A DNA stretch of 59,670 nt, counting the filler, from Globobulimina sp. (lineage: Eukaryota), in the NCBI GenBank assembly GCA_003354225.1. It is 12 parts of 12 records of this genome, joined end to end, with 100 filler letters (N's around TTAATTAATTAA, not from the genome) between each part and the next. Parts side by side here need not be neighbours in the genome. Positions count along the whole stretch, not along the records: positions 1 to 4,888 come from PIVH01000867.1; positions 4,989 to 9,874 come from PIVH01000868.1; positions 9,975 to 14,860 come from PIVH01000869.1; 9 more parts are not named here. The stretch is one strand, 5' to 3'. Below the pieces are notes generated by a model. That model had not been told where the DNA came from. It did not search any database and saw nothing but the letters and a program-made list of their open reading frames with translations. The position numbers and the translations under genes are program-made. This document shows, piece after piece, positions 1 through 13,000 of this stretch; position 1 is the first letter of the stretch; each line of letters begins with the position of its first letter.

Positions 1-2
1 TC

Positions 3-3000
3 CTCATCGTTCATTGAATAAATTGAACCAATATTTCGAAACTTTAATATTTCAATCTCGTCCTCCTCATTTTTATCATGTTCTGTGGTTTGGACAGTTT
101 TTTGTTTTTTTAAGTTTCTATTTGTATTTAACATAATTTCCAATGTTTGATTTATGTCTTTATTCACAATATCTTCATATTTGTGATACGTGCCGGTACT
201 GTCTTTTTCATCAATATCCAGCCATAGCCAAATGGCAGCATTTGACCTGATTTTCTCATTCGAGTCATCCTCATCATCAAAATTAAACAATTTATCCCCG
301 ATTCTTGTACAATGTTTCATTAATTTATCATCGATTTTCCGTGCAAATCTATCGCTGCATTCGCATAAAATAAATGGAATCACTGTCTGTGGCTTGATGG
401 TGGTTTTTATTTTTTTATTTTGGTTAAAGATACCACTTCTTTCCTCTTTGATGCTTTTCACAAATATTTTTACATTTTGCGGTAATTGTTTGATTAAATT
501 TATTCGATATTGCGATTTTGTATTTTTATCAATATACTCTCGCCACGAAATATTACATTGTGGGCATCTGTGCGATAAAATTGTGCCTTGCGAATACCAC
601 AATATTAATAATATCATATTTAATATGCCGTGGTATTGGTCCGTCAATGTATTATTTAATTGTTTGGTGATAAACTCGTCATTGTCGTTGTCATTATAAA
701 CAATCTGATCGGCACTGTCCACACTGACACTGACACTGACACTCATACTTTGATACAGCGTCAAAGCTTTTTCATAATAACCTAATATAACTTTATATAT
801 TTGATGGGTCTCTTTACATTGTAGTCCAAACATATATTTATTTTGCCAGAATCGGCGTAATGTTGCAATATCTTTACAAATTCCTCCGTCTGTTTGCAAC
901 GACAATAAGCTTCGTTTTAGTTCTTGTATTGGTATTTGATCCATATATTCTTCGCCGGCGGCTTCAATCGCTGAATAGATCAAATGTATCGCCTTTAATT
1001 CGCCGTGAATTAAGAAATCATGAAATAAGAATTTCACTTTTTTTATCTCAAACGATTCATTACCATTGCCATCGAAATGTCGGCTGACTATACTTTCCCA
1101 TTTTAGGTCGTTACCACCTTCAATTAACAGTCGATGTGCACTATTTCTATACAAAACGGCTAAATCCGATAAATTCAAATTTGCACAGGATTTTTCACCT
1201 AAAATAATTCTTGGCGTAGAAGAATATTTATGCGCTAAAAGAGAATCAATTTGATTGACATCATTGGAGGATAAATCGACATATTTTTGCATTCTGGTCA
1301 CATGTCCAGCTAATCGGCGTAGGGCAGACGATGAAAATTCAAAATGAACCACATAATTAATGCCACAGACGCCATGCGACAATTGTTCAAAATTCAATAC
1401 ATTGTAATCTTGCTTGCCTCTGTCTACTTTTTTTTTCTTTTTCTTTTTCTTGTAATCACGCTTTCTTAGTTGCTTTTGTCTTTGCCTCTGTTGATAGTCT
1501 CTATGATGCCGAGACAATAAATGTGACAAAGGCACCCAATTCAAGCGTGCATTGAGACAATTTATACCATATTGAAATAGGGTGACCCGGGTCGCGGAGG
1601 CTTCGGCAGAAATAATGGTGACTTCCAGTAAAAAATGGATGGCCGCAATAATAACACTCACAATCACTGCATTTGCACTCACATTTAAATTTGTAGAATT
1701 GCCCTCAAACTGCAGTGCATATAACATTCGCGTTTGCAATATTACCTGAGGCAGACTCTCGAATATTAACTGTGATAATGTGCGCAGCCTACGATAGCCT
1801 TTAATCTCCATATGACTCATACCAAATAATCGAAATATCCAATCACTATCAACACACGCGACATTACAGCAGCACATCAAAAGTGGAATGGTGAATATCA
1901 AAGCTATTATGACATAGAGCATAAATACAATATCTAATATTAACAAAAATAAGACCGATAAGGGAGATAAAAACATTAAGATAACAAATTTATTTAATTC
2001 TCCGCCATCGGCACTTTTTTGCGATTGGAATATTGATGCCAAGGCACAAAAGGACACCAAATACGGTGCCAATAAAAATAATAACATCCAGGCAGTCCAC
2101 CATTGTTCGGGTGATTGGATCAATTGCAATAAAATTACAATATCTGACATTAAATCCATAACACTTAAACCTTCGATCATAAAAGCATAGATTAACTCTA
2201 ATCGTTTCCAAAATATTACAATAAATGTATTTTGTTGCACAGTTTTCCGGGTTTTTTGTCTTCTCAGCTCGCCGAGACTTATTATAGTACCGCGGGCATT
2301 GTCCCCCTCCTCTTCCTCTTCTTCCTCCTCTTCCTCTTTTATCTCTTGTAACAATCTCTCATTCTCTGCATCATCAACGCCAGTCTGACTCCTCCCCATT
2401 ACATATTTTTGCTGTCGTTTGGTAATTTGTTTAGTGATTTGTTTGTCAATTCTACCAATCCAATTCCTCATTTCTGTGATAATATTTGAGCGACCATCCA
2501 ATTTCAATGCATCTTGCTGTTCAACGAGAATTACAGACTTTTCGTGTGCTTTTTTGTTCCATTTTATTAACAGAATCTCTTCCGTTTTACTCACACTTAA
2601 ATTGAATTCATTGCGTAATTTGGTCGCAATTTTATATCTCATATAATCATCGAAACTGATCTCTTGTGCTAACACAGTAACAATGGATAAATCCACTAAA
2701 TCTTTGTTTATTTTCTCATCATCATTGTCGCCGTTAATGTTTAGTGACGCAATCGAATCGATAATATCATTTATGTCATGGCCATTGCTCATACCAATCT
2801 CAATTAGATACGATTTAGTAATGGTTTGCTTTACTTTTGTCAGCGTGTTGATATCATTCGATATAAATAAATCCAAATATATTTGCTTATTAATATTTTT
2901 TAGCCATTGTTTTACGGCTTTATATTTGTCGGGATCGTGGTCAGCTGCATTCCATCGGATATCGTTACCAAAGATTGTAAATATTTTCCTCAATTGGTTT

Positions 3001-4886
3001 GAAAGGGCTTTGTTTTCTTTACAACTGATAAATTGCACCAATTTCCTCGTCTCATTGACAATAAAATATAGCAATATGCCCATAGTATATCTATTTGATT
3101 TGAGTATTGTAATTAAGCGATGTCGATGTGAATCAGTCGGTGCATTATCAAACACCATTTTAAAGACGTTGATATTTGGATCATTGTCTCGTAATATATT
3201 AATCAGTGGCAAATTACCATTCACATCGTGTTGAAACATCCAATTTAAAGATGTATTTTGTAGGTCGCGAATAAAAAAACCTAAAGCGGGATGAGAGTAA
3301 AATAATTCAGACCGCAACAACAAATGTAACGGATTACACGCATTTTCATCTCGAATATAATCCAAAGGGATTTGTAATTTGGTACATATTTTCACCAACA
3401 AATATTTTCTCTCCTTCCAGTCATCAATCTTTTCATTCCATTTTGGAAGGAATAACGAGGATAATTTCACAATTTCTTTGCTATTTAATTCGGCATCAAA
3501 CGGTATTAATTCTAAGATCATGTCTAATTTTTGTGCCTCCAATAAAAAGCCCAAAGGGGACTGCGTCAAACCCGATTTTTTCGACACTGGGAAGTTTGGA
3601 TCGGAGCCCGATTTTAATAATAACATATACATTTTATTATCATTTTTATCCACATTGCCGCTGTTATTAATATTAATATTATTGTCATCGTTGGATAAAT
3701 TCCTGGTCATATCCGCCAACTCAATGTCTGAGAAATTATTAGTGTGTATGGCGCGATTTAATTGCGATATATTGCTTGCAATATTAAACATTGTGCCATC
3801 CACTTCATCCAATGCTCCATATTGAGGCCCGGGTGAATTTGGTGTTAAATTTGAATATTTCTCGTTTGTTGTTTTTCGTTTTTTTGTCTTGATTTTGTTT
3901 TTTAGCTGTTTTCGTTTGCTTGTTTTGGTGGTAATATATTGTTGTAAAGCATAAAAAAGCGGTGATTTGCCTTTTTTATTCCGTATATCGAGATAAACAT
4001 CGCAGTTTCGCGTGGTTTGATACTCATTTAAGAGGTACCATAAATTATTATAATCGTTGTTCTTAATCAATTCAAAAACGAGTGTTTCGCCCGTTTGTAA
4101 TGAACTTATATTGACATCAAAATCTAATCCGATGCATTGCGAAAAAATGGTAGGTAACCAAGCAATTTTTAGATAATCCTCATCTTTTGATTGGGTGATT
4201 GTGGATAAATGTTTTAGTTGTTTTTGTATGACTGGAGAGGCATAGACTTTTTGTAATATCTTCTCGGATTTATAGATGGTGACTAAGTGTGAGGTGCCTT
4301 GCGAGTCGCGGGAATTGCTTATTATACGAACATCATTGTTATTATCCATAGAGCCTAACACGGCGTTATTCCAATTTAACTTATCATTGTCATTGAGGCC
4401 TTTGATAAATATGTGTCTCTCACTGCAGGTCCGTAATAACTCCACCAATGAACTCACTGTCAATAAACGTAAACTTTCATGGAAATCAATAATCAAAATA
4501 CTGTCATAGCCATCTTTTTTGATTGGTCGAATTAATAACGTTTCAATAAATTGGTGAATGGTCAATTCACTAAAGAAAAAGTCGACGGATACAAACATAA
4601 ATCGAATATTATAGGAAATGTAGGCTAATTTTGCATTTTGATTCTCTAAAAACTTTCGTATGGATCTCCGAAAAGGAATCCATCCAATTCTCGCCATAAA
4701 ACAAGTTAATGTATAATTAAAAAAACCTTCTTCCACCGCTTTGGATTCAATGAATAGTTTAAATATTTCCAAGATTGTGTTTGCCAGCGCCGATATGGTC
4801 GATATTAATATGTCCTGAGCAGTAATACCACCGGTAATCTCCAGTACGCCTGGGATTATCTCGAAAAATAGCAAACATTGAAGCGT
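3..4886 (-). CDS. Very large membrane protein, open at both contig ends: XK-like TM module (partial), ankyrin-like repeats, second XK-like TM module, soluble C-terminal region
   Basis: Hand translation of the minus strand found no stop over 1628 codons. Motifs: 'MDLMSDIVIL', 'QLIFESLPQVILQ' (XK-family ESxPQ), ankyrin-like 'DIRNKKGKSPLFYAL', 'DENACNPLHLLL', 'DVNGNLPL'. The longer + strand ORFs here (190, 2419, 2683, 3379, 4276) share one frame and are antisense shadows. Confidence 0.8.
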
Positions 4887-4888
4887 CA

Positions 4889-4988
4889 NNNNNNNNNNNN
4901 NNNNNNNNNNNNNNNNNNNNNNNNNNNNNNNNTTAATTAATTAANNNNNNNNNNNNNNNNNNNNNNNNNNNNNNNNNNNNNNNNNNNN
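4889..4988. other. Artificial contig linker (first of 11; others at 9875, 14861, 19846, 24831, 29815, 34793, 39771, 44748, 49724, 54699)
   Basis: Identical 100-nt N44-TTAATTAATTAA-N44 spacers that put stops in all six frames; flanking contigs decrease in length from 4888 to 4872. Confidence 0.98.
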
Positions 4989-5380
4989 CCCAATATGAAC
5001 AGATACGCTTTGATTGATCACGTCTCTGCATCCGACAAGTTAAGTGAAGGAAACACAAATCATAAAAACAATACTTTTCAAACAATAACATTCTTTACAT
5101 GCATACAAATATCATTCAATCACTGTCTTGACACATTAATAACGTCACATTTATTATATTTACATTGATTTTGTAATACTTTAGACAGTAAAATTAAAGA
5201 CAGTTTATTGGATTTATTTAACGGATTTATTGGAAAGGCACGCTTTGTTGACTGACAGAAAAAACTGATCAAAACCTTGAGGCTTATCTCTCAAAAGAAT
5301 CACAAAGTTCCAAAATCACCAAAGTCTATGGATCCTAAAACATAAACAGCAACGATTATGAAAAAAAAATTGTTCGCAGG

Positions 5381-6427
5381 TCACACAGAAACAATGGAAG
5401 AATGCATGTTTCGTTCGTTCAATGCTTTGTTGCAAAGCTCACGCACCGACATATGGTTTCTGCCGCGGCCGTGTATGTGTTCGAGAATGCTTCTTCCAAT
5501 CATTTTTCTTATAAAATTGCTTCTTACATTCATCGCATTGAAATCGTTTCTTTTTCTCATGAACTCTCTCAATATGCTCTCGTAAACCGCTTTTATGTTT
5601 AAATGCTTTCTCACATTGCACACATTTAAATGGTCGATCCTCACCACAGGTTTTACACTCTCCATTCCTGTATGTTTCGCAGTGTTTATTCAATCCCAAT
5701 TTGCTCTGAAATTGTCTCCGGCAAACACCGCATCTAAATCTAAATCTTTTCTCTTTAGCATTGCTATGCATTCCCATATGCACTTGTAACTCACTTTTTC
5801 TTTTGAATGAATCATTACATTTGATACATTTAAATGACTTATTACGACATACATTACACTCACAAATGACGCGAGAAATGTGTTTGCTGTCAATGTGACA
5901 CACAAGAGTCGGTTTGCTGGGGTAACATTTATCGCATTGAGCGCATTTATATGGTTTTAGTTCATTATGTTTTACTTTCATGTGATGTTCAAAATCTTTA
6001 TTTTGATAAATAGTTGCTCACAATCGGGACATTTAAGATTTATCCCTGGAAAATACACATGTAATCCTGAATGTTTTTTGATATACTCACATTTCACATT
6101 TTTGGTGTCTGCCATTATGGGTTCCTTATTTTGTTCAGTTGTATTAATTGGTTCCAACAATGGTATATTAGGTGTATTTGCTGTGTTATTTTTTTGATTT
6201 GTAGTATTTGTCTTGATATTGTCCTTAATATAATTACAAATAGACTCATTAATATTATTTATTATTTCATCATATTTCCTTGTTATATTTTTTTTGATCA
6301 CTACTTTCTGTCGCAACACTGAATGAATGTAGCTGGTGTATTCTGATTCCAATTGTTGCAGTAACTCGTCTCTGTGTTGAATTGTATTTGTTTGTTGTTC
6401 CATGAATAACCGTACTACCTCGAGCAT
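5381..6427 (-). pseudogene. Multi-C2H2 zinc-finger gene with N-terminal helical domain; frameshifted (pseudogene or assembly indel)
   Basis: Several CxxC...HxxxH fingers with KPY/RPF linkers. The first finger CPDCEQLF-x5-FEHHMKVKH is split by a 1-nt deletion in an A-run near 6002; the last finger (KPY..ELCNKA) is also broken near 5445. Confidence 0.75.
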
Positions 6428-6537
6428 GATTAATAGTTAACAAAAATCGTTTTACGAACATGGCTGCTGCGAAATGTTGCAGAGGTTTAAAATTGTTGAA
6501 TAACAAACGGAAAACATGCTACTATGTTCACCATCGA

Positions 6538-7338
6538 ATGTTATCAGATCACAATATTAATAGTGATCACTTACCATACCACAAATTCCGAATACCGTTA
6601 AGTTATTTGCATCATCCAACGTAACCATTAATGTTGCTATAATTGCCTATAAATAGGTCTCTTGAGCAGCAGCCTTGCATCATTGTAGCATTTGGTTCAT
6701 TTTCTCCCACACTTCTACATTTACGGATGATGGAAGAATGTAAACATCACTTATCGGATTCATTGGATATAATTGGTGGTATACTCTCACCTGTTCATGA
6801 CCAATACGGTGTGTTACATAAAGATAGTTTGCAAGCAGCAAATGGTGTGCATAGGATTAAAATGTGTGAATTAGCGACACAATGTTCAGATTGGATTGGT
6901 GTTTCTCATTATGAAATATCACAAAACTGTGTTATGAATACAATTGATGTGTTACACCATTTCCATGCACAAATTAATGCAAAATGGAGTGTTGATTACA
7001 ATCAGAGCATTAAACTTATAGTAATGTGTGGCAGTGATTTATTATTAACTTTCATGCAACCAAATTGTTGGGATATTCAAGATCAAATCGAGATATTAAG
7101 CAAATATGGAGTTGTTACCATGGAACGCAAAGGATATGCATTAACAAAAGATATAATGGATGAATACGAGTTATTTGCACAATATAAAGATAATATATAT
7201 TGTTTTGAGTCGTCAATAGAAAACGATATAAGCTCAACAACCATACGGAAATTGATTAATAATGCGCAATCTATAAAATATTTGACTGTTGATTCAGTGA
7301 TAAACTATATCAACGAACATTCACTTTATGTGAGTTAA
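6538..7338 (+). CDS. NMNAT: Nicotinamide/nicotinate mononucleotide adenylyltransferase (predicted intron 6597-6656)
   Basis: GSFSPTLLHLRM, SPVHDQY, HRIKMCELA, CGSDLL and ISSTTIR motifs; a GT-AG intron joins the upstream ATG exon (LPYHKF) in frame. Confidence 0.92.
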
Positions 7339-7465
7339 AATGCGATATGACTCATAAGAACAAATGATCAAAATGAAAAACCTCGTTTCCGATCCGTTTC
7401 CTAAATGCATTTTGCAGTTTTTTCAAGTCGCAGTGAGCAATTAATTTGGAAACTTTTACGATCGA

Positions 7466-8458
7466 ATGTTCAAAGAACGGTCATCATTCTTTTGGGGAAC
7501 GTGCTTCTTTATCTTTTCCATTGCACTATTATTTAGTTACATATATCGAGAAAACAACATTACATCTTTTTCAAGCGCCTCCTTTTCGATGGTTTTATCA
7601 GAACCCACAACCAATGACAAAACCGTTAAAGCAATCAACCACATATTTTCCAATCTATCTTCTGGATTAGTTGATGATTCAACATATTATCCAATCGATT
7701 ATCAGCAGGGGAAAAATGATCATGTACTCGTTGATGATGCAAACCAATTTTTGTACTGTGCAATCCAAAAAAATGCAGAGACTAAATTCAAATGTTTATT
7801 TTTTAATATTGCTCACAGCATTGGAAAATACAAAGATTGCCGCAAAGTGCACCAAAAAACAAAACGACTTCGTAGTCCGGATGTGGTAACATCTGATATT
7901 TATGAAAATTACACGAAATTGTTGGTAGTACGAGATCCCATTGAAAGATTATTATCGTCATATTTGGATAAATGTGTCCATAAAATCAACAATGATCATT
8001 GCAAAAAATATGGATATCCAAGGGATTTCAAAAAATTTTCATATCAAATAATCGATGAATTTGAAAGAAATGAGAAACTCAATATTGTGGGTTTTCAGGA
8101 CACGGATTGGCATTTCAGACCGCAACATACATTCTGTCACATTTGGAGCACTTTGGATAAATATGATTTTGTGATTCAATATCATTATTCTACGATTGCT
8201 AACGATACATTGTCGTTTTTAAAAGAATTTGGGAAACCTGAATATTTTTATTATCATAAGAATAATAACACGAATATGTTTGGAGGGGATACGCGTCACA
8301 CAACAACTGGGGATAAAGGCGATGATTTGGAAAGCAAAATTGAATTTTATTCAAAATATTTTGATTCTCAAATCATTATCAAATTATTGCATATTTATCA
8401 AAGAGATTATAAGCTTTTTAAAATGACGCCTCCGCATTGGATTCGATATATTAAATAA
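7466..8458 (+). CDS. Golgi-type carbohydrate sulfotransferase (Sulfotransfer_2-like)
   Basis: N-terminal signal anchor; YCAIQKNAET (5'-PSB-like), VRDPIERLLSSY (3'-PB), HFRPQ, YQRDYKLF. Confidence 0.85.
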   Translation: MFKERSSFFWGTCFFIFSIALLFSYIYRENNITSFSSASFSMVLSEPTTNDKTVKAINHIFSNLSSGLVDDSTYYPIDYQQGKNDHVLVDDANQFLYCAIQKNAETKFKCLFFNIAHSIGKYKDCRKVHQKTKRLRSPDVVTSDIYENYTKLLVVRDPIERLLSSYLDKCVHKINNDHCKKYGYPRDFKKFSYQIIDEFERNEKLNIVGFQDTDWHFRPQHTFCHIWSTLDKYDFVIQYHYSTIANDTLSFLKEFGKPEYFYYHKNNNTNMFGGDTRHTTTGDKGDDLESKIEFYSKYFDSQIIIKLLHIYQRDYKLFKMTPPHWIRYIK

Positions 8459-8829
8459 ACTGCACAATCGTTACTGCCATTGGTCATTGGTGGAGTTGTT
8501 TTATTTTTATTTTTATTTTTTCATTCCTTACCTTCTTTCCTTTATTAATACTATTAAATTTTTCGTTTCTTTTATAAAAGAAACGAAAAAGTTGCGGAAA
8601 ACACTATTTGTACGGTGATAAATGGGTAAAAACTGTTTTTTGGAAACACGTTACTAGCCACGAAATTACTGCCTTTCGGTAAAATACTAATTCAAATTGT
8701 TTTTTCTGAAACCAACGTTTTTGATCGAGCATATTTGACAGCATATATAAAGTGACTTTTATAGTAGTCAAATAAAAGTTTTTTATAGGCGTTTTTTGCC
8801 GTTTTTTTTGATAAAAAATGTTATCTTTT

Positions 8830-9408
8830 TTAGTTATCTCTTTCTGTGAAGCATCGAGAATGAGTTTCAAAAATATACTTTTTGATATCCACAGTCATAT
8901 CGTAACGACATATACTATCAAAGCATCCAAACATTGTATATTCACTGTTTGTTATCTTTTCATCATAGACACATTTAAATCGTTTTTTTCCATCATTGTA
9001 AAATGTGTATGCCAAATAATCTCCTTTTCGTTTAAACCTCCCACTTTTAACAAACTCAAATATTTGTTGTAACTGTTTACCATTCACATCCTTAAAAGAC
9101 ATCAATTTCATTCTATTATTCTTATTATTCTTAATTGCAACAAATATATTATTCAATGAATTGCTTTTTTTATATTTTTGACCAATGAATTTATTCAAAA
9201 TTCGTCGATTCAAAATATTGCATTTCATGATCATTACAGTTTTATTGACACTCAAAATACAGGAAATCTCAAACCATGGATATCCTGCCAACTTGGATGG
9301 GATTCCACAATATTTTGCAATCAAAAGCGCAAATGGTACAATGTCATAACTTGGTAACCAATGTTTTCGTAAATATCCGGTCATAAACATGTTCAAATAT
9401 TCATTCAC
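8830..9408 (-). CDS. Hypothetical protein with N-terminal 'FMTGYLR' motif
   Basis: 192-aa ORF; the N-terminus resembles the motif at 48486 and 16170. Confidence 0.45.
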   Translation of the reverse strand: MNEYLNMFMTGYLRKHWLPSYDIVPFALLIAKYCGIPSKLAGYPWFEISCILSVNKTVMIMKCNILNRRILNKFIGQKYKKSNSLNNIFVAIKNNKNNRMKLMSFKDVNGKQLQQIFEFVKSGRFKRKGDYLAYTFYNDGKKRFKCVYDEKITNSEYTMFGCFDSICRYDMTVDIKKYIFETHSRCFTERDN

Positions 9409-9480
9409 TGTATATTCTCAACAAAATATTAATATTCATTCTCAACATATTTTGCAAAATATTAATACGCAAAGGATATT

Positions 9481-9874
9481 TTATTTATATATATGCATCA
9501 CACTGTTTTTTGAAATTCGCTTTTTTCTTTGATGGTGATATAGATTTAATTTATATTTTCCTTTTTTCTTCAGTTTTTGCCCAATATCAAGCATAATTAT
9601 TCTATATTTTTCTGTAGAAACGTTTTGCTCATCAAGTTGAGTTAGAATCCATTCTGAATCATTTGAAATATTTGCTTTCTCAGTGAGTTGCTTACCGACT
9701 AAAGTGCTGATATCAATATCAATAATTTTTAACCCTAATCCGTACTCAACAGCTTTGGTTTTGGTGCAATCATTGATATCAAAATAACAACGAATAGCTT
9801 TGCTTAATGGTTCATTTTCAATCACATCCAATAGTTTGGTTTTGGATGTATGTTTTTTCTTTGTTTTTTTCTTT
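9481..9874 (-). CDS. Hypothetical protein, 5'-truncated by contig end
   Basis: 116-aa ORF with protein-like composition; no family recognised. Confidence 0.35.
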
Positions 9875-10088
9875 NNNNNNNNNNNNNNNNNNNNNNNNNN
9901 NNNNNNNNNNNNNNNNNNTTAATTAATTAANNNNNNNNNNNNNNNNNNNNNNNNNNNNNNNNNNNNNNNNNNNNTTTTTCATTTTTTGCTCCAACTTTGA
10001 GTGTTTTCATATCAATTTTAAAACCTGATGGCATTTGTATTTTTCCTCGTTTCTGTTGGATATCAATGATTAATGATAAATATATTTG

Positions 10089-13000
10089 TCATATATTGGA
10101 TTTAACTTTTTCGGCATTGATTATTTGTTTGGCTTGTTTGAAATTTATATCTTGTAAATGTTCCTCACTTTTTACGAATTTGAGGAAGTGCGTTGCATTT
10201 TTTGGTTCACATTTGTTTTTCTCACAGAATGCATTCCACGATGGATGCGTATATTGCTCCTTCCGCAATGGCTGATTATCTGTACAGGCCTTGAATTTAA
10301 TTCTATAAACTGGAATGGCCGTATAATCCCTCCAAACAACATAAATTGACGGATTTCTTGTATTATCAACAAATGTGTCGTATTCTGTTTGATTCGGTTT
10401 TAAAGGCACTTTTTTAATTGAACTCGAACCTTTTGTTGAATCGCCAACAATTACTTTACATAATAAAATATATTGATATCCATTTGAATGTGTTGGGCAA
10501 TAACCAGTGACAGTGTAACCTGCATCTCTTGCAAAATACATTCCATTTCCATACGCAGACACTGTACTGTATGATGGATCAAATCCGTTTTGAATTATTA
10601 TGTTTGACACATGATATGATGAACCATACCATACATATTTCTCAATTTCGTCTCTTGTTTTTTTTAATTCATCACATTTACTCAATAAACTTAACTCATA
10701 CAATCGATTTTGTTTTGGTAGCATAACCTCCTCAATGTCAATAATTTGAATATGTGCGGAATCGACTGTTTTATAGAATAATTGTTTTATTTCATCATCC
10801 ATTAATTTATTATCATCATTTTGATGAATTTCAGTATTATATAATTTATCTTTATTTACACCCTCATTTCCTACAACAACATCCTCGATATCTCGAAACC
10901 AATCTGCATATTTCCCAACATTCTCATATTTATGGAATGCATAAATACATTGTGTGGGGTTTTTGCATTTATTTGTTTTTCGTTCCCATTCGCAAGCTAC
11001 AAGAACTGTGTTTGGATTCGCATGAATGCGATTACAATGGGCATTGCATCGAAAACTAAGATGAGAACATAATTTGCCATAATACCAATCTTTTGTATAT
11101 TTCACTGCTTCTGTGTCTTGGAGGTATTTCAGATTAATGTTATCATGTTGTTTATTGTTGTGGAGCATCACAAAAACCATTTATTATTTCCCAAAAACAA
11201 ATAGTTTTAATACTATGAGGTTGCACATGTTTTAATGTGCAGGATGCCCTCTTATCACATCTCGATTTAATATGAACACAGATCTTGCCATCAAACCATT
11301 GTTTTTTCAGTGCATTTAATTTTGCTGCTTTTTGAGGGCTCTCCTTCCGTTCTCTGCATATGTCTGTATTTTCCACTTTGTTGTCATCACACACATTGCC
11401 ATACGGTCGAAGATAACCAATTTGTTTGTCCCTTCGCGGAATTATGCCGCATTTTCTTTTTGATTTATCAGGTTTTGTTAAATCAATAGCTTTACAAACG
11501 CCTTGCTCTGTATTTATTAATTTAAATTGTACCGCATCGCCTTCATTCAATGATTGGTTTTTACATTCTTGTGAAGCATAGTCCACTTTAATATTTTTAT
11601 ATGTATCATCTAAATCAAATTGTATTGTACCATCAGATAAAGATATTTGTGTAATATGTCCACGAAATACAACTATTCGTGAATATTTTGTATTGGTTGC
11701 ATATTCAATGATATTTTTATTTTTGCGTTGATAATATTTGCTTTCTAAGTGTTTCGATTTCTGAACGGAACAATTTGTCCATTCATCAGGACCTTTCATT
11801 GCTTTTTCTCGCCATAAAAATGTAATTGGCAGAAATTTAACGGTTACACATTTCAAATTTGGTACGCCATTTTCGTCCTCATCCCGCTCAATTTTATACG
11901 AAATCATATCACCTTCATTCAAAAAAGATGCATCAAAATCGCATTCATCAAATTCAAACAATACATTATATTTTACGCCATATTGAACATATCCCATTCT
12001 TTTATCTGCATTTAATCGTTTAATTTTGCCTTCAAATCGCTTTGTTTTTTACGTTTTGTATATAGTTATATGTTGTTTATGTTGTGTGTCAAGTGTTTTT
12101 TCTATACATATCCGGATATTAACTCAACAGTGTATCTCTTTAAACGTTTTCCATTCAAATTCAACTCACTTTCCATATTTAAATGATTTGGATTATACAT
12201 ATTTTCATAATCAACACATTGTTGATAAGTGCATTTATTCCATCTTTTAATAATATAATTAAATTCTCGCCATTTATAATCCAAAATTACAAAGGTAACC
12301 TTTGTAGCTTTTGCGTTTTCAACACAATATTCAACTAAACAACTTTTCTCAATATCAATTTCAGCGCATGCATCTAAATCAAATCCAAGCAATGTATTCA
12401 ATTTTGTTGACCAAATATAACCTCTTTGTTGAAATGTATTTACTTGTTGTACTCTGTCAATATATCTGTTTAGTTTGGCTGTTGGAGCTGATGCTGATGC
12501 TGATGCAATTTGTACTGGTTCAAAAGTAGGAGCTTCAGCCTCTGTTTGTGCAGTCGCAATAGGCATGGAAGGTGAAGGTGAATCCGCTATCTCTTTTGAA
12601 ATAATTTTAATATCAACCGCTCGAAAGCCTGCGTATTTTGGAGGAGTACTGTAAAATTTGAGTGAATATTCTAATTTATATCCCGTTCTCAATGGATTAG
12701 AAGCATTTATGTGCTCATTTCTAAAATCTCCATAATAAAATGCAACACCAATTGACTTATTTTGTTGTGGATAATTTGGCTCAACAAAACCCATCGTTTG
12801 TTTTAGAATTTTAATAACTTTACCTTCAAATCTTGTCATGCGTCGCCGTCGAAATGAGTCAAATGAGCCAAGTGCTTCAAAGCCATTTGCTTCAAAGCCA
12901 TTTGGTAACCACTTATTGTGAGCATTACATTGTTGTTCATGTCGTAGAGATTCATAATGACTGCACCATATCCACTGACTTTCAACATCATCATCACCCT

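Noticed and set aside
190-4509. Plus-strand ORFs in contig 1 and similar short overlapping ORFs elsewhere
   Set aside because: Antisense or alternate-frame shadows of real genes, with Ser/Phe/Ile-biased composition and no motifs.
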